Below, piece by piece: positions 11,870 through 24,626 of a stretch of DNA of 53,044 nucleotides. The notes below the pieces were generated by a model, which searched no databases, was not told where the DNA came from, and worked only from the letters and a program-made list of their open reading frames with translations. A program made the translations under genes and the position numbers. Numbering within the stretch: position 1 is the stretch's first letter; every line of letters begins with the position of its first letter. Source of the DNA: Mesotaenium endlicherianum (Eukaryota); NCBI GenBank assembly GCA_009602735.1, contig WELA01000746.1, positions 1 to 53,044 on the forward strand, given 5' to 3'.

Positions 11870-14800
11870 TCATCCTCCTCCTCAAAATGCGACGTCCTAG
11901 ACGCTTTCTGCAGGTAACGTCTCAACTTACTCTTACAATGAGTCAAGTTGGCCTCCGGCTCCCAAGTGTTGTCGTCCGCATGGTAGCCCTTCCACTTGAT
12001 CAGATACTCTTGAACAAGTCGTTGACCTCGCTTGACTCGTCGATCGCCGACAATCGCCTCCACTTCATACTCCAATACATCATCGATCTCGACCGGTGGT
12101 GGCGGTGTAGGTAGTCGTCCTGGATGTCCTTCGTTCGGGTCAACGTATGGCCGCAAACAACCGACATGGAACACATCATGGATATGCCAGCCAGAAGGAA
12201 GTNATATGCCAGCCTGAAGGAAGTTCCAACTTGTAGGTCACTGGATTAACCTGCTTGAGCACCACAAAGGGACCTGTCAATCGTGCCCGCAGTTTCCTCT
12301 TGCCCGTGAAAGGTAGATTCTCTGTTGACAAGAGTACTTTGTCGCCCACATGGAATGTCACTTTCCTCCTGTGCTTGTTAGCATGCTTGATCTCCTCCTC
12401 TTGTGCCTTCCGAATACACGTCTTCGCCATGTCCCAAGCCTTGGCCATCTGCTCCATAAAAGCTTGTGTAGTAGGAACCTGAGTCTCCTTGGTCTTCTCC
12501 AACAAGATGTTCCCTGGATGATATACTTCTCTCCCATAAACCATAGCGAATGGTGACTGTTTGGTCGATCCTTGCATGCTGTTGTTGTAGGCAATTTCCA
12601 ACTCTGGTAGCTTTTTGTCCCACTCTGAAGAGTCCTCCATAGTGAAACTCCTGAGCACCTCTTGCAGAGTTCTGTTGAGCCTCTCACTCTGCCCGTCTGT
12701 CTGAGGATGATAGGAAGTGCTCATAATCAGCTTCGTCCCCATCAAAGTAAACAATGACCGCCAAAATTTGCTAGTGAACCTTGGATACTGGTCTAAAACA
12801 ATCACCTTTGGCAACCCATGTAGCTTGAAAATATGATCAAAGATTAGACGTGCCACATCTCCTGCCGTAGAAGTCTCCTTCATGGGAATGAAGTGTGCCA
12901 TCTTGCTGAGCCTATCAGACAAAACCCATACTGCATCGTGCCCTTGACCACTGACTAGTAACGATGTGATGAAGTCATACCAATCTGCTCCCAAGGATAC
13001 TCTAGAATAGGCAGGGCTTGTAAGGTACCGCCCTTCTTTTGATTCCATGTCTTGTTCCGCAGGCACGCATTGCAACTCTTGATCCACCCCTCGATGTCCT
13101 TGTCCATATTTCTCCAATATTACTCCCGCTTCAGCACTCTTGCCGTCTTCTCGCTTCCAAAGTGTCCAGCATATAAGCAGTCATGATGCTCTGCGAGTAA
13201 ATAGTCGCGTAGCTCCTTGATGTCAGGTACCACCACTCTCTTGGAATCACCATAATACCATATGCCGTCCTCCTTCTGCATACTTGAGTTGGACTCAGCT
13301 GCTCCACCATCAGCAAACTCTGGGTCCTCCTCATAACCTCTCTGAAGCTTCTCCTTGAAGTCCATACTCTCCTTGATGACTGAGACAGCTGCAAGGTCAC
13401 ACCTCCTGGATAAAGCGTCTGCAGGTTTGATCTTCCCAGGTAAGTACTCAATCTTGTGGTCGAACTATTGCAGAAACGCCATCCACTTTGCTTGTCTTGG
13501 TGTCAACGTTGGCTGCGTCATAAACTTCTCTAAGCTCTTGTGGTCGGTCTTGATGAACACCTTCCTTTCGTCCACATAACATCGCCAAATCCTCAAAGCC
13601 TGGATAATAGCCAACATCTCCCGCTCGTGTGCTGCATAGTTCTGCTCAGCAGGACTCAACTTTCCGCCCTCATATGCCACAGGCTCGAAACCTTTGCCCT
13701 GGTCCTGGAGAAGAATGGCTTCCACTGCAAAATTTGATGTTTCCGTGATGATGGTGAAAGGAAGCTCTGGACTTGCAATTGCCAACACAGGTGCCTGTGT
13801 CAACAGCTCCTTAATCTTCTCCAAGGCTTGCTGCTCCTTGACACCCCATAGCCACTTCTCCTGCTTCTTCAACATGTCCGTGAGCGGTGCACTTACCTTG
13901 GCAAATCCTTCAATGAAGCGTCGATATTAATTTGCCATGCCAAGGAGATTCCTGAGTTGATGAATATCAACAAGTATTGGCCAATCTCTGACTGCTTGCA
14001 CCTTCTTCTGCTCCACCTTGACTTCTTCAGCCCCCACTATGTGCCTAAGAAACTCGACGTCCTTGAGACAAAAGTCGCACTTCCTCATCTTCCCATATAT
14101 CTTCTCTCTCAAGACCTCCAACACCTTGCTCAAAAGCTCCACATGCTCTTCCAAGGTGTTCGAATGGATCAGGATGTCGTCCAAAAATACCACCACAAAT
14201 TGGTCCAAGTAGGGTCTGAAGATACGATTCACGAGTCTCATGAATGTAGCTAGTGCTTTAGTCAATCCAAAAGGCATGACTGTGAACTCGAATAAACCAT
14301 AGCAAGTCCTGAAAGCAATCTTCTGAACGTCTTCTTCCGCAATTCGTACTCGGTGATAGCCACTCCTCAAATCAATCTTCGAGAAATACTTCGCCCCGAC
14401 AAGCCTGTCAATTAACTCGTCCACTTGTGAAAGTGGGTACATGTTCTTGATGGTGACCTTGTTGAGTGCTCGGTAGTCGACACACATCCTCATAGTCCCA
14501 TTCTTCTTCTTCACAAGTAAGACAGGCGCTGCAAATGGAGACTCGCTGGGTCGGATGAATCCCTTCTCCAATAACTCTGTCAGCTGCTTTTTCAACTCAT
14601 CCAACTCCGCAAACGATTGACAATAGGTGGGTCTCACTGGTGTCTTGCTCCCTGGTTCCAACTCAATCTTGTGCTCCATAGCTTCCTGTGGAGGTAATCC
14701 TGCAGGTAGCTCCTCAGGAAATACGCACTTGAACTCCTCCAACAGCGCCTTCATTTGGGCAGGCGTCTCAGCACGCTTCTTCTCTTGAGCAGTTCGGCTC

Positions 14801-15500
14801 TGCTCCTTCTGAGCAAGGGGATCAGACACCACTACTTGCTCCTCCGGCGATGTACATTCGCCCAGGCTGTTAGGATTCACGCTTGCTCCATCTGATGACC
14901 TGGCCAGGGCCACCAAAAACAAGGTAGATCTCCTTCACCTGATTCGCCCTGCATAGCTTCTTAACTTGCAGGCTCGACAAAAGACAGTTACTTGTGGTCG
15001 TATCTACCTCCACCTGATTCGATGTCTTCATTCGACCATCACGCCCTTGGACCTTTACTTGTCCTGTGCTCCAGTGCACTTGAGGGTTGGCTTTTCTCAG
15101 CCATAGTCGGCCCAATATCACCTCATGGTGCACAACTATGCCTGCTCCATAACTTCCTTACTCCGGTGCCCCGCTACTTCCACGTGAATAGCTTCCGTAG
15201 ATGCACCACACTTGAGTCTCTGCCCATTTGCCAAAATTGCCTCCTTGGGCTCATAATGCTTCTGCACAGGGATTCGCCACTCTTTCACCAGCTTCTTGTG
15301 CACAAAATTTGCACTTGCGCCACTGTCGACCATACACTTCGCCTTGTTGCCGTCGACTACTCCTTCCACGATGATAGGCTTGTCAACGTCTCGTCCTTTG
15401 CTTCTCGGCAGGCTCCTGGGGATAACCTCCTTGTGAGTTCTCGTCTTCACGCCAGTAGACACTCCAGAACGACTTACTGGCGTCCTCCTTTTTCCTGTTG
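11857..15500 (-). pseudogene. pol: A1 pol (PR-RT-RNase H-integrase-chromodomain) with multiple stops and frameshifts
   Basis: MVDSGAS protease; [19 protein letters not shown] and FLDD RT motifs; RNase H; YHPQTDGQSERLN integrase core; GPF motif; YEVEAIV...YLIKWKGY...TWEP chromodomain. Confidence 0.95.
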
Positions 15501-16842
15501 TTGAGGTTGCTTCTCCTTCACATGACAGTCTTGAGCTCGATGTCCAAGCTTGCCACAATTATAGCAGGGTCCTCTCTGCTTAAAATTTTGTTGCCTGCGC
15601 TCGTACTGAACAAGCCCCAACTCCATAGTTACTGGACCTTGAACACTCGTGCTTGGCGCTTGAGATCCAAAGTGTCGATGTCCCCCAATGCTGTGGCTGC
15701 CCCACTGTCTCTGACTATACTCCACAGCGTCGACCCTTGTTGCCAATGCCATCGTTCCTCCAAAATTGGTAGGGTCCTTGAGCGCCACTTCCTTGGCCAC
15801 AGTTGGCTTGAGTCCCCTCTTGAACTTGTCCATCATCTCTGACTTGTGCATGGAGGGACAATGAAGCACCAGCTTGTTGAAGCGCAAAACATACTCCTGA
15901 ACGCTTCCTCGTTGACAAAGGCGCACCAATAGATCTCGAGCGGTAGCCTCGGGTTCAATAGGTTGAAATTGCCTCTTCATGTAGTGAAACAGATAGATGA
16001 AGTACTTAGTGAAATGTAATTCTTTATCTATACAAGACAAGGATCTTTGAACACAAGTGGTAGCTTCTTGAAAGAGAGATGGCTTCTTGAAGTGAATATA
16101 TTTCTGGATTTCGGCAAGTACAAGAGTGATTCTGGAATGTCTTTCTATGTTCTAGCTCTTGTTTATATACTTGCTATATAAGTAACTTCTAGGAAGGTGT
16201 ATGTTGATGTGTTGGCACCCAACACATCCCAAAACTTGCCACCTCTTTCTAGAATAATGTACACATGTCCTTTTGACCTAAAAACAGCACATTTGACTTT
16301 TGCCACGTGGAGTTCTTCAAGATCTTTCCTCTAACTTCGAAAATGCCTTAGAAGGTTCAAAGGACATGAACCAAGTCACTAGAGTACCATTTCACACTTG
16401 AATCCACACAATACTACTCCAAATATATTTGAAAACATTAAAATATGTGCAAACTAATATATAATTACTCAAATCACTACACTTCAGGCCTTCAAATAGC
16501 TGATCAACAGAAGCAGGAACTCCAGACAGCTGCTCTTGTTGCTCATACTAAAGCTCTAGCACTCTTCTTCGGCAAGGTAATCACAAAGGCAACTTGCCTG
16601 TCGGGTGTGAGCTCAGAAAACTCCAATAATTTCTTCACTCCAAACATCCATTGATCAACCGGCGGCGATCCACGCTCTCCAGTATACACTTCAGGCTTAG
16701 GCGCACGCACTCCCAATGCGGGTTGAATAACTGGTTGCACCACTAGATTATCATGGATTAGTGGTACAACAGATGCAGGTGCCGAACTTGTCGAAGCGGC
16801 ATTCTCAACAACAACTCGCACCATTCTCTCCACCTTCGCGCG
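15474..16842 (-). pseudogene. gag: A1 gag, 3' part, interrupted by a solo B LTR; 5' part lies at 26872-~27050
   Basis: Retrotransposon gag motifs (LCQRGSVQEY, FKRGLKP, GPVTMELG) and CYNCGKLGHRAQDC knuckle; matches A2 gag. Confidence 0.9.
15980..16481 (-). mobile_element. Solo LTR of gypsy family B
   Basis: TGTAGTGA...TCACTACA ends; TSD CTTCA at 15975-15979 and 16482-16486; near-identical to 24664-25166. Confidence 0.97.
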
Positions 16843-17621
16843 TGTAAGGTCATTGGTTTATAAAGTGCATTTTTGAGTTCTTTAAAAGTATGTTTTGATT
16901 GCATGGAAGTGTCGAGTGTCGTTTTGTGGTCATTCTGATATAAAGTTCATTGAATTTGGTCACATATTGAGAGAGTTATGGATTTCCAAAGTTTAATAAG
17001 TTTTGCGGTCGGTTGACGGCTGTCCTTAATTCGCGGTGAGCGCGACCGTCGGATTGACCGACAGCGTTGAGCGATCTGGCTCGTTAGAGTGAATTCGAAC
17101 CTTCACGTAAGTTCGGCTGACGCGGAGTGCCGACTAGGTCGATTTACCTAGATGTTTCGATTTAGCCTAGCGCGTCTAAGATAGAATATTCTAGTAATGT
17201 TGATGCTGTTTGTGGACGTCAATTCGGCCCGACACGTCAGATGAGAAAATCTGGCTTCCTCACAAATAATATGGAAGAATCAATTTGACGAACACTTAGG
17301 AAAATCCGTAGCTTCCTCCTAGAGAGGAGCACTTAGGCAGAAAATTATAAATAGGCATAACTTCTTCATTTTTTATCAGTTTTCATTTTTTTGAATTTCT
17401 TCGGGTTTGTAAAGACAAGGCCTTTTATCCTACACCATTGATGAGCAGTTTCTTGCCACTGAAAATGTTAAGTAACTTTCCTAAGCTTTCTTAGCAATAT
17501 GCCGCTGCACTCTTTAGTATGATTGCAACTAATTCCTTTCCTCGTGAGTCACTACGCTTCCACTAGGGCACTCTGCCCTTTTTATCTGGTATTGGAGCTG
17601 GGCTAGTTTGCATATTAAATT

Positions 17622-18652
17622 ATGGAGTCGCAGCCGGCAGTTGGAGGAGGCGAACATGTCGAGCATGTTGAGAGCGCAGGACAGCAGGCAGCACCAACGA
17701 TGACCCGAGAGCAACAAGAATTGATGGCAATGCTGAGGGAAATGGCGAAAGCAATTGGAGGAGAAGTCTACACCCAGTTTCAACAAAACATGAGCGCGGA
17801 GGTGGAGAGAATGGTGCGAGTTGTTGTAGGCAATGCCGCTTCGACGAGTTCGGCACCTACAGCTGTTGTGCCACCAACTCATGTTAACCCAGTGGTGCAA
17901 CCAGCTATTCCACCCGCATCAGGAGTGCGTGCGCCTACGCCTGAAGTGTATACAGGAGAGCGTGAATCGCCGCCTGTTCATCAATGGATTTTGGAGTGAA
18001 GAAGTTTATGGAGTATTCTGCGCTCACGCCCGACAGGCAAGCCGCCTTTGTCATAACTTTGTTGCAGAAGAGTGCTGGAGCTTGGTAAGAACGAGAAGAG
18101 CAGCTGTCTGGAGTTCCTGCTACTGTTGGTCAGCTATTTGAAAGCTTGAAGAGGCAATTTCAACCTATTGCACCCGAGGCTACCGCTCGAGATCTATTGG
18201 TGCGCCTTTGTCAACGAGGAAGCGTTCAGGAGTATGTATCGCGCTTCAACAAGCTCATGCTTCAATGTCCATCCATCCACGAGTCGGAGATGATGGTCAA
18301 GTTCAAGAGGGGACTCAAGCCAACTGTGGCCAAGGAAGTGGCGCTCAAGGACCCTACCAGTCTTGGAGGGATGATGGCATTGGCAACAAGGGTCGACGCT
18401 GTGGAGTATAGTCAGAGGCAGTGGGGCAGCTACAACTTTGGAGGATACCGACACTTTGGATCTCAAGCGCCAAGCACGAGTGTTCAAGGTCCAGTAACTA
18501 TAGAGTTGGGACTTGTTCAGTACCGGCGCAGGCAGCAGAACTTTAAGCCGAGAGGACCCTGCTATAATTGTGGCAAGCTTGAACATCTGGCTCGAGACTG
18601 TCATGTGAAGGCGAAGCAACCTCAACAACAGGAAAAAGGAGGACGCCAGTAA
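17622..18652 (+). pseudogene. gag: A2 gag, frameshift near 17990 and an internal stop
   Basis: ORFs 17622-17999 and 18146-18652; gag motifs and CYNCGKLEHLARDC knuckle. Confidence 0.9.
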
Positions 18653-18677
18653 GTCGTTCTGGGGTGTCTACTGGCGT
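18631..18677 (+). promoter_or_regulatory. Putative -1 ribosomal frameshift signal, family A
   Basis: G_GAA_AAA in gag frame (18631-18637), 5-nt spacer, stem ACGCCAGTA (18643-18651) / TACTGGCGT (18669-18677); pol is in the -1 frame. Confidence 0.65.
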
Positions 18678-21302
18678 GAAGACGAGAACTCACAAGGAGG
18701 TTATCCCCAGGAGCCTGCCGAGAAGCAAAGGACGAGACGTTGACAAGCCTATCATCGTGGAAGGAGTGGTCGACGGCAACAAGGCGAAGTGTATGGTCGA
18801 CAGTGGCGCAAGTGCGAACTTTGTGCACAAGAAGCTGGTGAAAGAGTGGCGAATCCCTGTGCATAAGCATTATGAGCCTAAGGAGGCAATTTTGGCGAAT
18901 GGGCAGAGACTCAAGTGTGGTGCACCTACGAAAGCTATACACGTGGAAGTAGCGGGGCACCGCTGTAAGGAAGTTATGGAGCAGGCAGAGTTGGGTCACC
19001 ATGAGGTGATATTGGGCCGACCATGGCTGAGAAAAGCCAACCCTCAAGTGCACTGGAGCACAGGACAAGTGAAGGTCCAAGGGCGTGATGGTGGAATGNA
19101 GGGCGTGATGGTGGAATGAAGACAGCAAAACACGTGGAGGTAGATACGACCACAAGTACTTGTTTTCTGTCGAGCTTGCAAGTTAAGAAGCTATGCAGGG
19201 CAAATCAGGTGAAAGAGATGTACCTTATTTTGGTGGCCTTGGCCAGGTTATTAGATGGAGCAAGCGTGAATCCTAACAGCCTGGGCGAATGTACATCGCC
19301 GGAGGAGCAAGTAGTTGTGTCTGATCCCCTTGCTCAGAAGGAGCAGAGCCGAACTGCTCAAGAGAAAAAGCCTGCTGAGACGCCTGCCCAAATGAAGGCG
19401 CTGTTGGAGGAGTTCAAGTGCGTATTTCTTGAGGAGCTACTTGCAGGATTACCTCCACAGGAAGCTATGGAGCACAAGATCGAGTTGGAACGAGGGAGCA
19501 AGACACCAGTGAGACCCACCTATTGTCAATCGTTTGCGGAGTTGGATGCGTTGAAGAAGCAGCTGACAGAGTTATTGGAGAAGGGATTCATCCGACCCAG
19601 CGAGTCTCCATTTGCAGCGCCTGTCTTTTTTGTGAAGAAGAAGAATGGGACTATGAGGATGTGTGTCGACTACCAAGCACTCAACAAGGTCACCATCAAG
19701 AACAGGTACCCACTTTCACAAGTGGACGAGTTATTTGACAGGCTTGTCGGGGCAAAGTATTTCTCGAAGATTGATTTGAGGAGTGGCTATCACCGAGTAC
19801 AAATTGCGGAAGAAGACGTTCCAAAGATTGCTTTCAGGACTCGCTATGGTTTATTCGAGTTCATAGTCATGCCTTTTGGATTGACTAATGCACCTGCTAC
19901 ATTCATGGGAGTCATGAATCGTATCTTCAGACCCTACTTGGACCAATTTGTGGTGGTATTTTTGGACGACATCCTGATCCATTCGAAGACCTTGGAAGAG
20001 CATGTGGAGCATCTGAGGAAGGTGTTGGAGGTCTTGAGAGATTCAAAGCTGTATGGGAAGATGAGCAAGTGCGACTTTTGTCTCAAGGAAGTCGAGTTTC
20101 TTGGACACATAGTGGGAGCTGAAGGAGTCAAGATGGAGAAAAAGAAGGTGCAAGCAGTCAGAGTCTGGCCGGTTCCTGCAAATATTCATCAACTCAAGAG
20201 TTTTCTCGGCATGGCGACTTATTATCGACGTTTCATTGAAGGATTTGCCAAGGTGTGTGCACCGCTCACGGACATGTTGAAGAAGCAGGAGAAGTGGCTA
20301 TGGGGTGACAAGGAGCAGCAGGCCTTTGAGAAGATTAAGGAGCTGATAGCTCAGGCACCTGTGTTGGCAATTGCAAGTCTAGAGCTTCCTTTCACCATCA
20401 TCACGGACGCATCAAATTTCGCAATGGGAGCCGTTCTTCTCCAGGACCAGGGTAAAGGATTGGAGCCTGTGGCGTATGAGAGCAAGAAGTTAAGTCCTGC
20501 GAAGCAGAACTATGCAGCACACGAGCGGGAGATGTTGGCTATTATCCAGGCTTTGAGGATTTGGCGATGTTATGTGGACGGCCGGAAGGTGTTCATCAAG
20601 ATCAACCACAAGAGCTTGGAGAAGTTTATAACGGAGCCAACATTGACACCAAGACAGGCAAGGTGGATGGAGTTTCTGCAACAGTTTGACCACAAGATTG
20701 AGTACTTACCTGGGAAGATGAACCCTGCAGGCGCTTTATCCACGAGGTGTGACCTTGCAGCTGTCTCAGTCATCAAGGAGAGTATGGACTTCAAGGAGAA
20801 GCTTCAGAGAGGTTATGAAGAGGACCCAGAGTTTGTAGACGGTGAAGCAGCTGAGTTCAACTCGAGTATGCAGAAGGAGGACGGCACATGGTATTATGGT
20901 GATTCCAAGCGAGTGGTGGAACCTGACATCAAGAAGCTACGAGACTTACTACTTGCGGAGCATCATGACTGCTTATATGCTGGACACTTTGGAAGCGAGA
21001 AGACGGCAAGTGTGCTGAAGCCGGAGTACTATTGGAGAAATATGGACAAGGACATCGAGAAGTGGAACAGGAGTTGCGATGCGTGCCGGAGAAACAAGAC
21101 ACCAAATCAAAAGAAGGGAGGTACATTGCAGCCCCTGCCTATTCCAGAGTACCCTTGGAAGCAGATTGCTATGGACTTCATCACGTCGTTACCAGTGAGT
21201 GGTCAAGGGCACGATGCAGTATGGGTTGTGTCTGATAGACTCAGCAAGATGGCACACGTAATTCCCATAAAGGAGACTTCTACGGCAATAGATGTGGCAC
21301 GG
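18631..21302 (+). pseudogene. pol: A2 pol, 5' part (PR-RT-RNase H-integrase N-terminus), interrupted by B1
   Basis: ORFs 18664-19119 and 19116-21323, split only by a duplicated N-join; DSGA, FLDD, TDAS, HHCC zinc finger and AMDF motifs. Confidence 0.95.
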
Positions 21303-21617
21303 TGTAGTGAAACAAATAGATAAAGTACTTAGTAAAACAGAATACTTTATCTATCCAAGACAAGGATCTTTGGACACAAGTGGTAGCTTCTTGAAAGAGA
21401 GATGGCTTCTTGAAAGTTAATATATTTCTGGATTTTGGCAAGTACAAGAGTGATTCTGGAATGTCTTTCTATGTTCTAGCTCTTGTTTATATACTTGCTA
21501 CATAAGTAATTTCAAGGAAGGTGTATGTTGATGTGTTGGCACCCAACACATCCCAAAACTTGCCACCTCTTTCTAGAATAATGTACACATGTCCTTTTGA
21601 CCTAAAAATGGCACATN

Positions 21618-23367
21618 CGTAGGCGATGGGCTGCAGTCCCTTGCCTTGGTCTTGAAGCAGGATTGCTCCTATTGCATAGGAAGATGCATCGGTGATGACG
21701 TGGAAGGGCCAATCTGGGTTTGGACTTGGGAGTGTGAGCACCGGGGATGTGGTCAATCTTCGCTTTAACTCTTGAAATGCCTCTTCCTCTTTCTCGGTCC
21801 ATGTATATAGCCTGTCCTTCTTGAGTAGATCTGTCAGGGGGGCTGCTATGTGCGAGAAGCCTTGGATGAATCTCCTGTACCAATTGACAAATCCCAAGAA
21901 TGACTGGAGTTCCTTCTTGGTCGTGGGGGTTGGCCATTCCTCCACCACCGTGGTCTTCTTGGGGTCTATCTTGATGCCATCAGCAGTCACGTGGAGACCT
22001 AGGAACTCCACTTCTTGTTTGGCAAACTCGCATTTTGACTCCTTCGCTAACAGCTTGTTTTGCTTCAATAGTTCAAGGACTTCTTTCAAGTGTCTCGCAT
22101 GCTCTTCAAGGGTCTTGCTGTAGATAAGGATGTCATCGATGAATACCACCACAAATCTGTCCAACATGGGCTGAAATATGGTGTTCATCATAGTCATGAA
22201 AGTTGCTGGCGCATTGGTGAGTCCAAATGGCAGGACCATGAACTCAAAATGTCCATATCTTGTCCTGAATGCCGTCTTCTCTATGTCCGGTTCTGCGATG
22301 CGAATCTGGTGGTAGCCGCTCCGTAAGTCAATCTTCGTGAAGTACTTGGCTCCAACCAGCCGGTCCATGAGCTCATCCATGCGCGGCAGCGGGTATCGAT
22401 TCTTGATGGTGATCTTGTTGAGGGCGCGATAGTCCACACACATCCTCAAGGTACCATCTTTCTTCTTGACAAATAGCACCGGGGCTCCAAATGGCGACTT
22501 GCTAGGTCGAATGAAGCCATGCTCCAGTAGCTCCTTGATTTGCTTCTTGACTTCGTCTAGCTCCGTGTATGACATTTTGAACGTAGGCCGAGAGATGGGC
22601 TTGCTTCCGGGCTCCAACTCTATCTTGTGGTCTACGAATCTTTTGGGGGGTAGGCCCTTGGGCAATTCCGGGGAGAACACTTCTTTGTAGTCCTCTAAGA
22701 CTTCTTGTATCTCCTTGGGAACGGGGCTGCCTTCTTGACTCTCGATGTCTTTCTTGATGTCTTTTGGCGTGATCAAGGCCAAAAGAAGCTCGTGTCCCTT
22801 CCTCACAAGTCTCTTGAGTTGGAGGGCGGACAATAGTATCTCGTGTGCCGGCTTCTGGATGTCTTGGGTCTGGATATTCTGGATTGCGCGCAAAATACAG
22901 ATTCTTGAAGTGATGTCATTCTTGATCTTGATAGTACCGGTCCTCCAATCAACTTGGGGGTTGTGCTTGGTCAACCAAGGCGTCCCTAGGATGACGTCGT
23001 ACTTGCCCAATTGCATGGGGGAGAACACTACTCTATCCTTGAAGGACTTGATAGAGAGTGCCAAGGGGTACGTCTTCTTGGAAGGGGTAGTATAGGAGAA
23101 TCCATCGGGCATCATAATCTCCTCGTCGTGGTCAAGAGTTCGCATAGTAATACCGTGCTTGGTGGCAAAATCTGCAGCAATGAAGTTGCCTTGAGCTCCG
23201 CTATCCACCAAGATGTGGACCTTCTCTCCTCCAAGGTAACCTCTCAAACTCATTGGGGCTGGAACGTCGTCTTCAACGGGGGTCTCCACCTCACTTGGCG
23301 TGTTGCCTTCTCGTGAAGTGGGTCTTGGGGTGGTAGGCTCCTGGCCTACCGGCGCTGTCCGTTTTTT
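21618..23367 (-). CDS. pol: B1 pol (PR-RT-RNase H start), open to the assembly break
   Basis: ORF 21487-23424 with [21 protein letters not shown] and TDAS; no lesions before the N; -1 frame relative to gag. Confidence 0.9.
23332..23367 (-). promoter_or_regulatory. Putative -1 ribosomal frameshift signal, family B
   Basis: A_AAA_AAC in gag frame (23367-23361), 10-nt spacer, hairpin GGTAGGC-CAGGA-GCCTACC. Confidence 0.7.
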
Positions 23368-24626
23368 GACAACTTTTTGGGGCATGAAAGTGCACGATGG
23401 CCCTTTTCCTTGCAATAAAAGCATAGTCCAGCCGTCATGAGAGCTTCTTTTTCAGCCGGGGAGAGTCTTGCTTTCACTCCTTGCTGGTTTCTTGCATCAT
23501 AAGTGTCATTGGAGGGTCTTCCACTCTTCCGGGCAGCCGCGGGGTCCCTTTTAATAACTCCGATTTCCATGGGTGTGGGTCCAGATTCGGATGTGGAAGG
23601 GGCTGCGTACACCCGCGTCGTCGGTACCCGTGAAGATGAAGGCACGGAGTGCTTGAAATCCAAGGTATCCACCTTTTGGGCCACTTCAATGATCTTTGAG
23701 AAGTCCGTCAAGTCGCGTAACTCCACTTCCTTTGCCACCTTGGGTTTGAGGCCAAAGATGTAACGGTCAATCTTCTCCTCGAGAGACATGTTGGGGATCT
23801 CAAGAGTGAGGGCGTGAAATCTGGATGTATACTCTTGAACGGACGTCGTTTGCTTGAGATGGTGGAGCTTTCCTCGGGCAATCTTCTCCGCATTGATGGG
23901 CATGAATTGCTTCTTGAGGGCCTCACGAAAATCTGCCCATCTTGCATATGATGGTGGGGGCTCTTGGCCGAGCATGGGGTGCGCCATAGCTTGATATATA
24001 GCCGCTTGATAGTTACGCCACCATGATGTTGCTGCTCCTCTAAGTAAGGTAACGGCAAAGGGAACGTAGTCCTCCTCGGGTACTTCAAGGAATGCGAGGT
24101 ACGTCTCCACTTGGTAGAGCCATAAATTCAGGTTGGCACCTTTCCCGGGGTTGAAAGTGTCGGGTTTGCCGGGCTTGATGAGTTTCCTTGCTCTCGTTGG
24201 CTCTTGTGGAGGCGCTTGAGCCGGGGCTGGATTTTGAGCATTGCTCGCAATAGGGGCAACCATGGCAGCCATAGCTTCTCTTGACGCTTGCACGGTTGCT
24301 TCATAGGTGGCCAAGCCCACTTGGTTGTGGACGGTCATTAGGAAGGCTGCCCACTCATTTGCGGGAACTCCTTGTGGTGGGGTCAACTTTGCTATAGCGG
24401 CTGCCACGGGATTTGACGGTGCTCCTCCTTGTGGTGCTTCTTGTTGTTGCAGATTTCCTTGAGTAGGCTCTCCCATCGACGCTGGAGGAGGGTGTGCTCC
24501 TCCTTGTGGTGCTTCTTGTTGTTGCAGATTTTCTTGAGTGGGCTCTCCCATCGGCGCTGGAGGAGGGTGTCTTGGAGAGGAAGGGCTTCCTTCGAAAGCT
24601 TGCTGTTGGTCTTGAGGATCGGCCAT
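23346..24626 (-). CDS. gag: B1 Gag, intact, 426 aa
   Basis: ATG 25 nt after [31 protein letters not shown] and [14 protein letters not shown] knuckle. Confidence 0.93.
   Translation of the reverse strand: MADPQDQQQAFEGSPSSPRHPPPAPMGEPTQENLQQQEAPQGGAHPPPASMGEPTQGNLQQQEAPQGGAPSNPVAAAIAKLTPPQGVPANEWAAFLMTVHNQVGLATYEATVQASREAMAAMVAPIASNAQNPAPAQAPPQEPTRARKLIKPGKPDTFNPGKGANLNLWLYQVETYLAFLEVPEEDYVPFAVTLLRGAATSWWRNYQAAIYQAMAHPMLGQEPPPSYARWADFREALKKQFMPINAEKIARGKLHHLKQTTSVQEYTSRFHALTLEIPNMSLEEKIDRYIFGLKPKVAKEVELRDLTDFSKIIEVAQKVDTLDFKHSVPSSSRVPTTRVYAAPSTSESGPTPMEIGVIKRDPAAARKSGRPSNDTYDARNQQGVKARLSPAEKEALMTAGLCFYCKEKGHRALSCPKKLSKNGQRR
24420..24569 (-). repeat. 75-bp in-frame tandem duplication in B1 gag
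   Basis: HPPPA(P/S)MGEPTQ(E/G)[12 protein letters not shown] twice; single copy in B2. Confidence 0.9.

Noticed and set aside
15980..16040. Novel N-terminus of ORF 15474-16040, and the ends of ORFs 19116-21323, 21487-23424, 32851-33123 and 41835-42245
   Set aside because: Chimeric read-through into inserted LTRs or across junctions.
19080..19118. Short direct duplications flanking single Ns (also ~12182-12224 and ~49461-49503)
   Set aside because: Each is centred on an N, typical of unmerged contig overlaps; the resulting frameshifts are not treated as real.
21600..21635. B1 apparently lacking integrase, with RNase H fused to a half LTR
   Set aside because: The switch falls exactly at an N (21617), so it is most likely an assembly gap rather than a natural deletion.
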